This document shows, in pieces, positions 19,966 to 30,634 of a stretch of DNA of 64,000 bases. The stretch covers positions 128,001-192,000 of the forward strand of contig CAWBZV010000003.1 of the NCBI GenBank assembly GCA_963793305.1, given 5' to 3'. Origin of the DNA: an uncultured Gemmatimonadales bacterium (GTDB lineage Bacteria > Gemmatimonadota > Gemmatimonadetes > Gemmatimonadales > Gemmatimonadaceae). A program made the position numbers and the translations under genes. Under the pieces are notes generated by a model that was not told the DNA's origin, ran no database searches, and worked only from the letters and a program-made list of their open reading frames with translations. Positions within the stretch are counted from its first letter, which is position 1; every line of letters begins with the position of its first letter.

Positions 19966-21186
19966 GTGGCCTCGCATGTCTTCTATCGCAAACTGCGCCG
20001 AACATACCCTCATATAGTTCGGGGTCAGGGTTGCTGGCTGGAAGACACCGAGGGTCGTCACTACCTGGACGGCTCGGGTGGCGCGTTCGTCGTGAACATC
20101 GGTCACGGCGTGTCCGAGATCGGCGAGGCGATGGCCGCACAAGCCGCGCGAGTCGGATACGTGAACGGCACGATGTTCACGCACGACCCCGTCGAGCAAT
20201 TGGCTGAGGAAGTCGCGCGCCGATCGCATCTCGACTACGTCTATTTCCTCGGCAGCGGCTCGGAAGCCGTCGAGGCGGCGCTCAAACTCGCGCGCCAATA
20301 CTGGGTCGAGCGTGGGCAACTTACAAAGCACAAGATCCTGGCGCTCACGCCGAGCTATCACGGCAACACGCTGCTCGCGCTCTCGGCCTCCGCGCGGGAG
20401 CACTACAAAACACTCTATAGCGACTGGCTCGTGCCGATCGCGCGTGTGCCCGCGCCGTATCCGTATCGCGAGCCACCGCGTGCATCGGCCCTCGAAGACG
20501 TGATCACGAGCGAGGGCGCCGAGAGCGTCGCGGCGTTCATCGCCGAACCGGTCGGCGGCTCGTCGACCGGCGCCTCGGTGCCGCCACCTGACTATTGGCG
20601 CCAGATTCGCGAGATCTGTGACCGGCACGACGTGCTGTTCATCGCCGACGAAGTACTCACCGGCGTCGGCCGCACGGGGACCTGGTCAGCGCTCGAGCCC
20701 TACGGTGTCGCGCCCGACATCATGACGCTCGGGAAAGGACTCGGTGGCGGATACGCACCCATCTCAGCCATCGCCGTCTCGCGCGAGATCGTCAATGTCA
20801 TCCGCAATGGCAGCGGGGCGTTTCAGCACGCGCAGACGTTCTCGCACCATCCCGTGTTGTGCGCGGGAGGGCTCGCCACGCTGCGCTATCTGGATGAGCA
20901 CGACCTGCTCGCGCGAGTGTCACGCATAGCCCCCCGGTTCCACGAGGCGCTTGGCACACTTCGCGGGATGCCACACGTCGCCGATGTACGTGGACGAGGG
21001 CTCCTTGCTGGAGTTGAGCTCGCGGGCAATGACGCCGAGCGCTTCGCTCAGGCTGCCCTCGACGCGGGGCTCGTCGTATGGCCCAATGTCAACATCGTGA
21101 TGCTGGCCCCACCGTTCATTATCACTGAAGAAGAGATCGACGTGCTCATCACTCGCTTTCGCACCGCATTATGTCGACTACAGTAG
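19966..21186 (+). CDS. Class III PLP aminotransferase
   Basis: YLDGSGG, SGSEAVEAALK, SYHGNT, FIAEPV, IADEVLTGVGRTG, PDIMTLGKGLGGGY. Confidence 0.92.
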   Translation: MASHVFYRKLRRTYPHIVRGQGCWLEDTEGRHYLDGSGGAFVVNIGHGVSEIGEAMAAQAARVGYVNGTMFTHDPVEQLAEEVARRSHLDYVYFLGSGSEAVEAALKLARQYWVERGQLTKHKILALTPSYHGNTLLALSASAREHYKTLYSDWLVPIARVPAPYPYREPPRASALEDVITSEGAESVAAFIAEPVGGSSTGASVPPPDYWRQIREICDRHDVLFIADEVLTGVGRTGTWSALEPYGVAPDIMTLGKGLGGGYAPISAIAVSREIVNVIRNGSGAFQHAQTFSHHPVLCAGGLATLRYLDEHDLLARVSRIAPRFHEALGTLRGMPHVADVRGRGLLAGVELAGNDAERFAQAALDAGLVVWPNVNIVMLAPPFIITEEEIDVLITRFRTALCRLQ

Positions 21187-22748
21187 CACCCCAAAAAATC
21201 ACGTATACGTCGACCAACGTCGACCTCGATGCCTTCCATCGGCGCTTCGACGAGGCCTTGGCGCACGTGCGGGCCGAGGTCGGTCGCACCTACCCACTGT
21301 ACATCGGCGGCGTAGCGATCCAGCCCGACCGCCCGACGTTCGCCGACACGTCGCCGATCGACACGCATATCGTGCTCGGCGCGTTCGCGTCAGCGACGCG
21401 CGAGCACGTCGACGCCGCCATCACGTCCGCGCGGCGTGCGCAACGGGATTGGGCCCGATTGCCGTGGCAAGAGCGCGTCGCCGTCATGCACCGCGCCGCG
21501 GAGCTCATCCGCGAGCGAAAGTTCGAGCTCGCCGCCACGATGGCGATCGAGGTCGGCAAGAGTCGCTTCGAGTCGATGGGCGATGCGGAAGAATCGGCCG
21601 ATCTCATCGACTATTACTGTGGCCAGGTCGAAGACGCCAATGGGTTCGTGCGCCGCATGGCGAGCCTGACACCGATCGAGCGCAACACCGACATGCTGCG
21701 CCCCTACGGAGTGTTCGCCTGCATCGCGCCTTTCAACTTCCCGCTCGCGCTCTCGGCCGGCATGTCCGGCGCCGCACTGGTCGCCGGTAACGCCGTCGTG
21801 TACAAGCCCGCCGAGGACACGCCATGGACGGGATTGCGCTTGTACGAGGTCTATCGCGACGCGGGCGTGCCCGCTGGGGTGTTCAACTTCCTCACGGGTC
21901 ACCGCGACGACATCGGTGACGCGTTGTGGCAGCATCCGTGGATCGATGGCGTCGTCTTCACGGGATCGAAGGCCGTGGGCCTCCGCATCCACGCCGGTCT
22001 GTCGCAGCGCTGGATCAAGCCCGCGCTCTTGGAGCTCGGCGGGAAGAACGCCACGATCGTCACCGCCACGGCGGATATCGATGCGGCCGCCGAAGGGACG
22101 GTCCGCTCGGCGTTCGGGCTCTCGGGTCAGAAGTGTAGCGCCACCTCTCGCGTGTACGTCGATCGCTCGGTCGCCGACGCATATCTCGGCGCCGTCGTGG
22201 CGAAGACCGCGGCGCTGCGCGTTGGCGATCCGACCGAGCGCGATGTGTTCGTCGGTCCAGTGATCAACGAGCGCGCGGTCTCGCGATTCGAGCGAGCGGT
22301 GGCCCAGGCGGCCCGGGAAGGGACGATCCTCGCTGGCGGCGGGCGCCTGCGCGAGGGTGTATTTTCACACGGGCATTTCGTGGCGCCCACGGTCGCTCGA
22401 CTGCCGGTCGAGAGCACGCTCTTTCTCGAAGAGTTGTTCGTGCCGTTTCTCGCGGTTGGCGTCGTCTCGGGGCTTGCCGAGGCCATCGCGGAAACGAACA
22501 AGGCCGAGTACGGGCTCACCGCGGGCATCTTTTCGCGCACGGCGGCCGAGGTCGAGCGTTTCTTCGACGAGGTCGAAGCGGGTGTGTGCTACGCCAACAA
22601 GCGCACGGGCGCGACGACCGGCGCGTGGCCCGGTGCTCAGGCGTTCTGTGGCTGGAAAGGCTCGGGTTCGACGGGCAAAGGCGGCTGCGGTCCATACTAC
22701 GTCGCGCAATTTTTGCGAGAGCAAAGCCGGACGGTAATCGAAGAATGA
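21171..22748 (+). CDS. Aldehyde dehydrogenase (P5C-dehydrogenase-like clade)
   Basis: APFNFP, YKPAEDTP, FTGSKAVG, ELGGKN, GQKCSA (catalytic Cys), EELFVP, YGLTAG. Confidence 0.92.
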   Translation: MSTTVAPQKITYTSTNVDLDAFHRRFDEALAHVRAEVGRTYPLYIGGVAIQPDRPTFADTSPIDTHIVLGAFASATREHVDAAITSARRAQRDWARLPWQERVAVMHRAAELIRERKFELAATMAIEVGKSRFESMGDAEESADLIDYYCGQVEDANGFVRRMASLTPIERNTDMLRPYGVFACIAPFNFPLALSAGMSGAALVAGNAVVYKPAEDTPWTGLRLYEVYRDAGVPAGVFNFLTGHRDDIGDALWQHPWIDGVVFTGSKAVGLRIHAGLSQRWIKPALLELGGKNATIVTATADIDAAAEGTVRSAFGLSGQKCSATSRVYVDRSVADAYLGAVVAKTAALRVGDPTERDVFVGPVINERAVSRFERAVAQAAREGTILAGGGRLREGVFSHGHFVAPTVARLPVESTLFLEELFVPFLAVGVVSGLAEAIAETNKAEYGLTAGIFSRTAAEVERFFDEVEAGVCYANKRTGATTGAWPGAQAFCGWKGSGSTGKGGCGPYYVAQFLREQSRTVIEE

Positions 22749-24076
22749 CCACACGCGAATATCCACGTATCGTAGTCCCGCCACCGGGCCCGAAGGCACG
22801 AGACATAGTCGCCCGCGACAGCGCTTGGGCCTCCACCTCATACATCAAAGAGTACCCGCTGGCGATCGCCGGCGGCCGCGGTGTGATGATCGAAGATGTC
22901 GACGGCAATAAGTATCTCGACCTGATGGCGGGCATTGCCGTCGCGTCGACGGGCTATGGCCACCCGGAAGTGATCAGCGCGATCAAGACCGCGGCCGAGA
23001 AGTTCTTGCATATCTGCGGCAGCGATTTCTACTACGAAGGGATGGCCGCGGTCTGTGAACGGCTGGCGAAGATCGCGCCGGGGACGAGCAGGAAGCGCGT
23101 CTTCCTCACGAATTCAGGGACAGAAGCCGTCGAGGGCGCGATCAAACTCGCACGCCATTCGACGCGCCGCACGGGCCTCATCTCATTCAAGGGCGCATTC
23201 CACGGTCGCACCTACGGCGCGATGTCCTTGACGTCGAGCAAGGCCAAGCAGCACGCTGGATTTACACCGCTCCTGCCCGAGGTCTACCACATCCCGTTCG
23301 GGTACTGCTACCGCTGTGACTTCAGCAAGCAGTTCCCGTCGTGCGAGTTGTTCTGCGTCTCGTCGATCGAAAAGGACCTCTTCGCCCGCGATCTCGACCC
23401 ACAGGATGTCGCCGCGATCTTCGTGGAGCCGGTGCAGGGGGAGGGCGGGTACGTCGTGCCGCCTCCCGGGTATCTCAAAGCGCTGCGCGATCTCTGCGAC
23501 AGGCACGGCATCCTGCTCGTGTTCGACGAGATCCAGTCGGGGATCGGGCGCACGGGCAAGATGTGGGCGGCCGAGCACGCAGGGGTCGAGCCGGACATTT
23601 TGCTGACGGCTAAGGGGTTGGCGTCGGGTATGCCCCTCGGCGCCATTATCGCGAAAGAGTCGATCATGCATTGGGGCACGGGGTCGCATGGGTCGACATT
23701 CGGCGGCAACCCGGTGTGCTGCGCGGCCGCGCTGGCCACGCTCAACGTCGTCGAGCGCGAGCTTGTCGCCAATGCCGCCGTCATGGGTGAGCGGCTCTTA
23801 GCCGGCGTGCGGGAGCTCGCCACGCGGCACGAAGTGATCGGCGATGTCCGCGGGCTCGGGCTCATGATCGGTGTCGAGTTCGTGAAAGACCGGAAAACTC
23901 GGGAGCCGCATCCGAACGCGGTCCGTGATCTCGTGAACGACGCGTTCGCGAAAGGGTTGTTGTTGCTGGGGTGCGGCAAGAGCACCCTGCGGCTTGCCCC
24001 GCCTCTGGTGATCGATGCACAGGACGTCGACACCGGTCTCGCGATGATCGACGAGTGTCTGGCCGGCCGAAAGTGA
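22745..24076 (+). CDS. Class III aminotransferase (GabT/4-aminobutyrate or acetylornithine type)
   Basis: ATG 22745 overlaps the ALDH stop. DVDGNKYLD, NSGTEAVEGAIK, FHGRTYGAMSLT, EPVQGEGG, DEIQSGIGRTG, AKGLASG, STFGGNP. Confidence 0.92.
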   Translation: MTTREYPRIVVPPPGPKARDIVARDSAWASTSYIKEYPLAIAGGRGVMIEDVDGNKYLDLMAGIAVASTGYGHPEVISAIKTAAEKFLHICGSDFYYEGMAAVCERLAKIAPGTSRKRVFLTNSGTEAVEGAIKLARHSTRRTGLISFKGAFHGRTYGAMSLTSSKAKQHAGFTPLLPEVYHIPFGYCYRCDFSKQFPSCELFCVSSIEKDLFARDLDPQDVAAIFVEPVQGEGGYVVPPPGYLKALRDLCDRHGILLVFDEIQSGIGRTGKMWAAEHAGVEPDILLTAKGLASGMPLGAIIAKESIMHWGTGSHGSTFGGNPVCCAAALATLNVVERELVANAAVMGERLLAGVRELATRHEVIGDVRGLGLMIGVEFVKDRKTREPHPNAVRDLVNDAFAKGLLLLGCGKSTLRLAPPLVIDAQDVDTGLAMIDECLAGRK

Positions 24077-24981
24077 TCGAATCGAAGGTGATGTCGATGC
24101 ACGATGCGATCGCCGCGTTCGTGCACGATGGCGACACAGTGGTTATCGAGGGGTTCACACATCTCATCTGCTTCGCGGCAGGCCACGAAATTATTCGCCA
24201 AGGCCGCCGCGACCTGACGCTGTGCCGGTTAACGCCAGATCTCATCTACGACCAGATGATCGCGGCGGGTTGCGCGAAGAAGCTGGTCTTCTCCTGGGCC
24301 GGCAACCCCGGCGCGGGCTCCCTGTTCGCCTTTCGCCGCGCGGTAGAGGGCAAGAACCCCTCGCTCGCCATCGAAGAATATTCCCACTTCGGGATGGTCG
24401 CGCGCTTCTCAGCCGGCGCGGCGCGTCTCCCGTTCTGGCCCCTGCGAGATTACGCCGGAACAGATCTCCCGCACGTCAATCCCAATATTCGCTCGGTCAC
24501 GTGCCCGTACACGGGCGAGACATTGGCCACAGTCCCAGCGCTCAATCCTGACGTGACCATCGTGCACGCACAGCGTGCCGATGCTCAGGGCAACGCGCAG
24601 ATCTGGGGACTCGTGGGCGTACAAAAAGAAGCCGCGTTCGCCTCACGCCACGTGATCGTGGTCGTCGAGGAGCTCGTCGACGAGTCCGTGGTGCGGGCTG
24701 ATCCTAACAGAACTGCGGTGCCGGGGATGATCGTCGACGCCGTCGTCGTCGAACCCTGGGGCGCGCATCCGTCGTACGCCCAAGGCCATTACGACCGCGA
24801 CAACGCGTTCTACGTCAACTGGGAGGCGATCTCCCGCGATGCCGCCCAGCTCGCGCGCTACCTCGACGAGTTCGTCTACGGCGTGCGCGACCGCGCGTCG
24901 TACCTGGCCGCGCATCCCGGTCTCCAAGACCGGTTGCGCGCGACGTCACGGATCGCGGCCGGCGTGAACTATGGGTTCTGA
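24073..24981 (+). CDS. Family I CoA-transferase subunit A (GctA/CatI-like)
   Basis: GTG 24073 overlaps the upstream stop. EGFTHLICFAAGHEIIRQ, TPDLIYDQMI, EEYSH, HAQRAD..GN, GAHPSYAQGHYDRD. Confidence 0.9.
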   Translation: MIESKVMSMHDAIAAFVHDGDTVVIEGFTHLICFAAGHEIIRQGRRDLTLCRLTPDLIYDQMIAAGCAKKLVFSWAGNPGAGSLFAFRRAVEGKNPSLAIEEYSHFGMVARFSAGAARLPFWPLRDYAGTDLPHVNPNIRSVTCPYTGETLATVPALNPDVTIVHAQRADAQGNAQIWGLVGVQKEAAFASRHVIVVVEELVDESVVRADPNRTAVPGMIVDAVVVEPWGAHPSYAQGHYDRDNAFYVNWEAISRDAAQLARYLDEFVYGVRDRASYLAAHPGLQDRLRATSRIAAGVNYGF

Positions 24982-25738
24982 GTACACGCCGAACGAGATC
25001 ATGGCGGTGACGGCCGCTCGCGCGCTCGCCAACGGCGACGTTGTGTTCGTTGGCATTGGCTTGCCGAACCTGGCCTGCAATCTCGCGCGGGCCACGCACG
25101 CGCCGGATCTCGTGCTCATCTATGAGTCGGGCGCGGTTGGCGCAGTGCCCGAGCGGCTGCCGGTCTCCATCGGCGACCCTGCCCTGGTCACTGGCTGTCT
25201 CATGGTCGCCAGCATGGCCGACGTCTTTCAGTACATGCTGCAGAATGGCCGCATCGGGGTTGGCTTCCTCGGAGCGGCGCAGATCGACCGGTGGGGGAAC
25301 ATCAACACGACGGTCATTGGCGACTACGCAACCCCTGCCGTTCGCCTGCCGGGCTCCGGCGGCGCGGCCGAGATCGCGGCGCACGCGCGGCGGACGATCG
25401 TGATCGCGAAGCTTGGGGCCCGCACCTTTCCGGCCGCGGTCGATTTCGTCACCAGTCCCGGTCAACGCTATCATGGCACTCGACGCTCGGCGCCATCGTT
25501 GCCTGGCGCCGGGCCAATCATCGTGATCACCGACATGGGCATTCTAGAAACCGACCCCGAGTCGGGCGAGCTGGAGCTGGCCGCGTTGTACCCCGGCGTG
25601 ACTGCCGAGTCGTTTTCTCGTGGCGTCGGGTGGCCGTTACGGGTACGCGCGTCGCTTCGCGACGTCGCGTCACCGACACCGCGAGAATTGGATCTCCTGC
25701 GCCATACTCTGGACCCTCATAAGTTGTTCCTAAAGTGA
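24971..25738 (+). CDS. Family I CoA-transferase subunit B (GctB/CatJ-like)
   Basis: FVGIGLP, LIYESG (catalytic Glu), GAAQIDRWGNIN, RLPGSGGA, VDFVTSPG, VITDMG. Confidence 0.9.
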   Translation: MGSEYTPNEIMAVTAARALANGDVVFVGIGLPNLACNLARATHAPDLVLIYESGAVGAVPERLPVSIGDPALVTGCLMVASMADVFQYMLQNGRIGVGFLGAAQIDRWGNINTTVIGDYATPAVRLPGSGGAAEIAAHARRTIVIAKLGARTFPAAVDFVTSPGQRYHGTRRSAPSLPGAGPIIVITDMGILETDPESGELELAALYPGVTAESFSRGVGWPLRVRASLRDVASPTPRELDLLRHTLDPHKLFLK

Positions 25739-25797
25739 CGACCACTTATTACGCCGGAAATTGGACCCTCATAAGTTGTCCCTAAATTGACGACCAC
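25710..25797 (+). repeat. 36-bp direct repeat (34/36 identical) duplicating the CoA-transferase B 3' end
   Basis: TGGACCCTCATAAGTTGTTCCTAAAGTGACGACCAC (25710-25745) and TGGACCCTCATAAGTTGTCCCTAAATTGACGACCAC (25762-25797), separated by 16 nt. Confidence 0.9.
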
Positions 25798-27199
25798 CAA
25801 TGTCACGGTGAGCGGCGAGCGAAGCGAGGCCGCTCCTGTGCTCCGTCGCACGATGTCGTTGCGCGACCTCGTGCTGTTCAACCTGGTAGCCGTGCTGAGC
25901 CTCCGCTGGCTCAACACCTCGGCGAAGTCGGGCCCGTCGTCACTCGTGCTATGGGGCTTGGCGGCCGTGCTGTTCTTCGTTCCCCAGGGCCTAGCCGTGG
26001 CCGAGCTCTCGGCGCGCTATCCGAAAGAGGGCGGGATCTACTTCTGGACCCGCCGTCGCTTCGGCGAAGGCCACGGATTCTTCTGCGGCTGGTGCTACTG
26101 GGTCGTCAACATTCTGTACTACCCGAACCTGCTGACCGCCGCCGCCGTGATCGCGCTCTACGTCGTCGGCAAGGGCGACTCGGGCCTCGCGAGCAGTTGG
26201 TACTACGTGATGCCGGCCTGCACCCTCATGCTGTGGTTCGCGACCGCGCTCAACATCGTCGGCCTCGGCACCGGCAAGTGGCTGCAGAACGTGGGCGGCA
26301 TCGGCGCCTTTCTCGCTGGCGCGATTTTGCTCATAGTGGGAATCCACGCGGTCTTCACGCACCCGAGCGCGAACCCGATCACGCTGCATTCGATCGTGCC
26401 CAACTTCGGCTCGCTGTCCGAAGTCAACCTCTGGGCATCGATCGCCTTCGCCTTCTCGGGCCTCGAGCTCGCGGCGTCGCTGGGCGACGAGATCCATGAG
26501 CCCGCGCGCGCACTCCCGCGAGCCATCTATCTCTCAGCGCCCGTGATCGCCGGCCTGTATATCCTCGGCACCGTCTGCGTGCTGTGGGTCGTGCCGCTCA
26601 ACTCCATCAGCATTACGTCGGGCTTCTTGCAGGCGATCGAGAGCGCGGCCGGCCACTACTGGTGGCTCGCGCCACTGGCCGCCGCCGTCTTTACGATCGG
26701 CAACATCGGCGGCGCCGGCGCGTGGCTCGCCGGCCCGGCGCGTGTGGCGTTCGTGATCGGGCTCGACAAGTATTTCCCGCCGGCCTTCGGCCGCATCCAT
26801 CCCAAATGGGGTACACCCTACGTCGCGATCCTCGTGCAAGCGATCGCCGCCACCATCGTGCTACCCCTCGTGACCTTGGGCAAAGGCTCATCGGTCGAGC
26901 AGGTCTATCAGATCGTGCTCGATATGAACGTGCTCATCTACTTCATCCCCTTTATCTACCTGTTCTGCTGCCTTCTCTTCGAGGGCGACACGCCCGGCCC
27001 AACCGTCATCCCCGGCGGTCGCATCGGCCGCTACATCGCCGGCTCGGCGGGCCTCTTCGTGACTATCTTCGCGATCGTCGTCGCGGCAATCCCCCCGTCC
27101 GACCAGAGCCCTCTCTGGTTCGAGGCCAAGGTCCTCGGCGGCGTCGGCTTCTTCTACTTGGTCGGCTGGTTCTTCTACCGACACGGCAGACACTTGTGA
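25787..27199 (+). CDS. APC family amino acid/polyamine permease
   Basis: About 12 TM segments; AELSARYPKEGGIYFW, FAFSGLE, PARALPRAI, FGRIHPKWGTP. Start could be GTG 25808. Confidence 0.9.
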   Translation: MTTTNVTVSGERSEAAPVLRRTMSLRDLVLFNLVAVLSLRWLNTSAKSGPSSLVLWGLAAVLFFVPQGLAVAELSARYPKEGGIYFWTRRRFGEGHGFFCGWCYWVVNILYYPNLLTAAAVIALYVVGKGDSGLASSWYYVMPACTLMLWFATALNIVGLGTGKWLQNVGGIGAFLAGAILLIVGIHAVFTHPSANPITLHSIVPNFGSLSEVNLWASIAFAFSGLELAASLGDEIHEPARALPRAIYLSAPVIAGLYILGTVCVLWVVPLNSISITSGFLQAIESAAGHYWWLAPLAAAVFTIGNIGGAGAWLAGPARVAFVIGLDKYFPPAFGRIHPKWGTPYVAILVQAIAATIVLPLVTLGKGSSVEQVYQIVLDMNVLIYFIPFIYLFCCLLFEGDTPGPTVIPGGRIGRYIAGSAGLFVTIFAIVVAAIPPSDQSPLWFEAKVLGGVGFFYLVGWFFYRHGRHL

Positions 27200-29704
27200 T
27201 TCGCTACTCGACCGCCGCGCTGATTCTGTTCGTGTCGGCAGCTGGCGCCCAGCGGCAGCCGGTGCTGAACCAGATCAAGCTCCCGCACGCCTACTACTAT
27301 CGCGAGATGTACCTGCCGCAGGTCACGAGCGGCCCGAGCGCGGTCGCGTGGTCGCCGGATGGCCAGAGCGTGATCTACTCGATGCAGGGCTCGCTGTGGC
27401 GGCAGAAGCTGGGCACAACGGATGCCGAGCAGCTGACGGTGGGTCCGGGATACGACTTCCAGCCGGACTGGTCGCCGGATGGCCGCACGGTGGTCTACAC
27501 GTCGTACCGGGGCGACGCCGAAGAGCTTCAGGTCTTGGATCTCGCGTCTGGCGAAGTCAAGGCGCTGACCTCGAACGGCGCCGTGAACGTCGAGCCTCGC
27601 TGGTCGCCGGATGGCAAGCAGATCGCCTTCGTGTCGACGCAGTACGAGGGACGCTTTCACATTTTCGTCTGGACAAAAGACAGCGTCCACCGCATCACCG
27701 AAGATCACGACAGCGGACTGCCCCGCTACTACTACAGCGTCTACGACCACTATCTCTCGCCCGCTTGGTCGAGCAATGGCAAGGAGATGCTGTGGATCTC
27801 GAACCGCGGCCACATCTACGGCACGGGCGGAATCTGGAGAGGCGGCCGCGAGATTCACTCTGAAGAGACGACATGGAAGACGCGCCCCGACTGGTCGCGC
27901 GATGGCCGCATCGTCTACAGCTCCTACCTCGGCGGTCAGTGGAACCAGTTGTGGCTGATGCCGGCCGACGGCTCCAATCCGTTTCAACTCACGTACGGCG
28001 ACTTCGACGCCACCGCGCCGCGCTGGTCGCCGGATGCCCGCCGGATTGCGTTCATCGCCAACGAGGGCGGCCCGTTGTCGCTCCGGATTGTCGACGTGCC
28101 GAGCGGCGCGATCACGATCGTTGCCGCGTCGCACCGCCACTATAAGAATCCGGTCGGCACCGTCCGCGTCTCGGTGCGCGATGCCACCGGCCAGCATTGG
28201 ATGACGGCCCGCGTCTCGGTGATCGGCGCCGGCGACCGGTCGTACGCGCCCGACGACGCGTGGCGCTACGCGGACGATGCGTTCGACCGCCATCGACGGA
28301 AACTCGAGATCGGCTACTTCGACACGCCCGGCGAATCCAATGTGACCGTGCCAGCCGAGAGCGTGACGGTCACCGTGAGCCGCGGCCTCGAGTATCGACC
28401 CATCACGCGCCGCGTCCTGGTACGCGCGAACGATACGACGCGCGTGACCGTCGGCCTTCCGCGTCTCGCGAACCTGCCGCCACTCGGCTGGTACAGCGGC
28501 GATCTGCACGTGCACATGAACTATGGCGGCACCTATCGCAACACGCCGTCGCATCTCGCCGACCAGGCGCGGGCCGAGGATGTGCACGTCATCGAGAGCT
28601 TGATCGTGAACAAAGAAGGACGGATGCCGGAACGTCAGCTACTTCGTGCCGGGCGGCAAGGTTGACCCGGCGTCCGACAACGAGACGCTCGTCGTGCACA
28701 GCCAGGAGTACCACACGAGCTACTGGGGCCACACCGGCCTGCTCGGATTGCGCACGCATCTCGTGCTACCAGGCTACGCGGCCTACGCTGGCACGGCGGC
28801 CGCGAGCCTGGTGCCGACGAACGCGGATGTCGCCACGATCGCGCGGGCCGAGGATCGTTCGGTGCTCGTCGGCTACGTGCATCCGTTCGACACGATTCCC
28901 AATCCCGCCAGCCACGCGGTGCCGTTGACCGACGAGCTGCCGGTCGATGCCGCGCTCGGCGGCGTCGATTACATGGAGATCGTCGGGTTCGCCGATCATC
29001 GGTCGACGGCCGAGGTCTGGTACAAGCTGCTCAACTGCGGATTTCGCATCCCGGCGGGCGCGGGCACGGACGCCATGGCCAACTTTGCGTCGTTGCGCGG
29101 CCCCGTCGGCCTCAATCGCGTGTTCGTGCACACGGGCACGTTCCTGTGGCACGGCGCGTGGCTCGACTCGCTGCGGGCCGGGCGCACGTTCGCGACCAAT
29201 GGGCCGTTGTTGACGTTGACGATCGCTGGTCACGAGATCGGCGATGAGATTCACGTCGCCGGTCCCACGACCCTCCACGTCCACGCCACGGTGTCATCGA
29301 TCGCCCCGGTCGATCACCTGGAGCTCGTGGGCGCGAGCGGCGTAGCGGCGAGCGCAACGTTGACCGGCGATCACACGACAGCGACGGCGGACTGGAGTGT
29401 CCCGGTTACGTCGAGCGGCTGGTACACGGTACGCGCCTACGCCGACAGCGCGTCAGACGTGATCATGGACACGTACCCGTTCGCCACGACGAGCCCGATC
29501 TACGTGACCGTCGGCAACCAACCGGTTCGCTCGCCGACTGACGCAGCCTATTTCGTGGCCTGGATCGACCGCCTCACCGAGGGCGTCCGCGCATTCACGG
29601 GCTGGAACGCGCCTGCCGAGCGTGACCACGTACTGGCTCAACTCGACTCGGCGCGCGCGGTGTACGTCAGTCGAAGTAACTCCCCCGCTCCAGATCGGCG
29701 ATAA
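27196..29704 (+). CDS. Secreted PD40/TolB beta-propeller plus CehA/McbA-type PHP metallohydrolase (frameshift near 28630)
   Basis: Signal peptide, repeated WSPDG motifs, WYSGDLHVH, QEYHTSYWGH, YVHPF, WYKLLNCG, AGTDA, GRTFATNGP. Confidence 0.85.
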
Positions 29705-30557
29705 GCCCAACGTGCGTCGGCCGCCATCCCAACTCTTTTTGAGTTTTCTCGCTCGACGCCGGCGTGTCGAGCGCGGCGAAGTGCGCGAAAAACCCGAAAT
29801 GCTCAGCGGCCTCCTCGGGAGTCTTCGACACGACCGGGACATTGAGCCGCTGCCCGATCACCGTGGCGATATCGCGGAAGGGAACGCCCTCCTCGCCGAC
29901 GCCGTGATATCGCTCGCCCGCCGCGCCGTTTTCGATCACGAGGCGAAAGAGATGCGCCGCATCGAGCCGGTGCACCGCGGGCCATCGGTTGCGGCCCTCA
30001 CCCACATACGCCGCCGCGCGCTTCTCACGCGCGATGCGGATGAGCGTCGGCACGAACCCATGGTCGCCGTCGCCGTGCACTGATGGAGGCAAGCGTACGA
30101 CCGATACGTTGACCCCACGTGTGGCCATGGCGTTTGCCGCCTCCTCTGACTTGATGCGCGGCACGGTCGACGTCGGCGCATCGTCCTCGGCGGCCGGGCG
30201 ACCGTCGGCTCGCGTCACGAGACCGGTGCCGGACGTGATCACGAGTGGGCGGTTGGAGCCGGCGAGCGCGGAGCCGAGCGCCTCGATGGCGAGCCGGTCG
30301 TTCTCGCAGTTCTCAGCCCACTTCGAGAAGTCGTGGTTGAACGCGGTGTGAATCACGCCGTCCGCTGCGGACGCGCCGCTGCGCAGGCTGTCGAGATCCT
30401 CGATCGACCCACGATGGACTTGGGCGCCGGCGGCAGCGAGCGATTTCGCGCTCGCGTCCGAGCGAGCGAGACCGACCACTTCGTGGCCGGCGTTGATGAG
30501 CTCAGGCACGAGGCTAGAGCCAATAAATCCGGTTGCTCCAGTGAGAAAAATTCGCAT
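29667..30557 (-). CDS. Atypical SDR / NAD-dependent epimerase-dehydratase family oxidoreductase
   Basis: MRIFLTGATGFIG, VIHTAFNHDF, RLPPSVHG, WPAVHRLDAA. Confidence 0.9.
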   Translation of the reverse strand: MRIFLTGATGFIGSSLVPELINAGHEVVGLARSDASAKSLAAAGAQVHRGSIEDLDSLRSGASAADGVIHTAFNHDFSKWAENCENDRLAIEALGSALAGSNRPLVITSGTGLVTRADGRPAAEDDAPTSTVPRIKSEEAANAMATRGVNVSVVRLPPSVHGDGDHGFVPTLIRIAREKRAAAYVGEGRNRWPAVHRLDAAHLFRLVIENGAAGERYHGVGEEGVPFRDIATVIGQRLNVPVVSKTPEEAAEHFGFFAHFAALDTPASSEKTQKELGWRPTHVGLIADLERGSYFD

Positions 30558-30634
30558 GTAGGATTGATAGTCGTTGCAACGGGACGATCTATGCTATAAA
30601 ATCCGGATAATCTTTGCTATCGTCCGGTGAAACG

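Noticed and set aside
25710..25797. 36-bp repeats as a mini CRISPR array
   Set aside because: Only two copies, a 16-nt spacer, both overlapping coding ends, and no cas genes.
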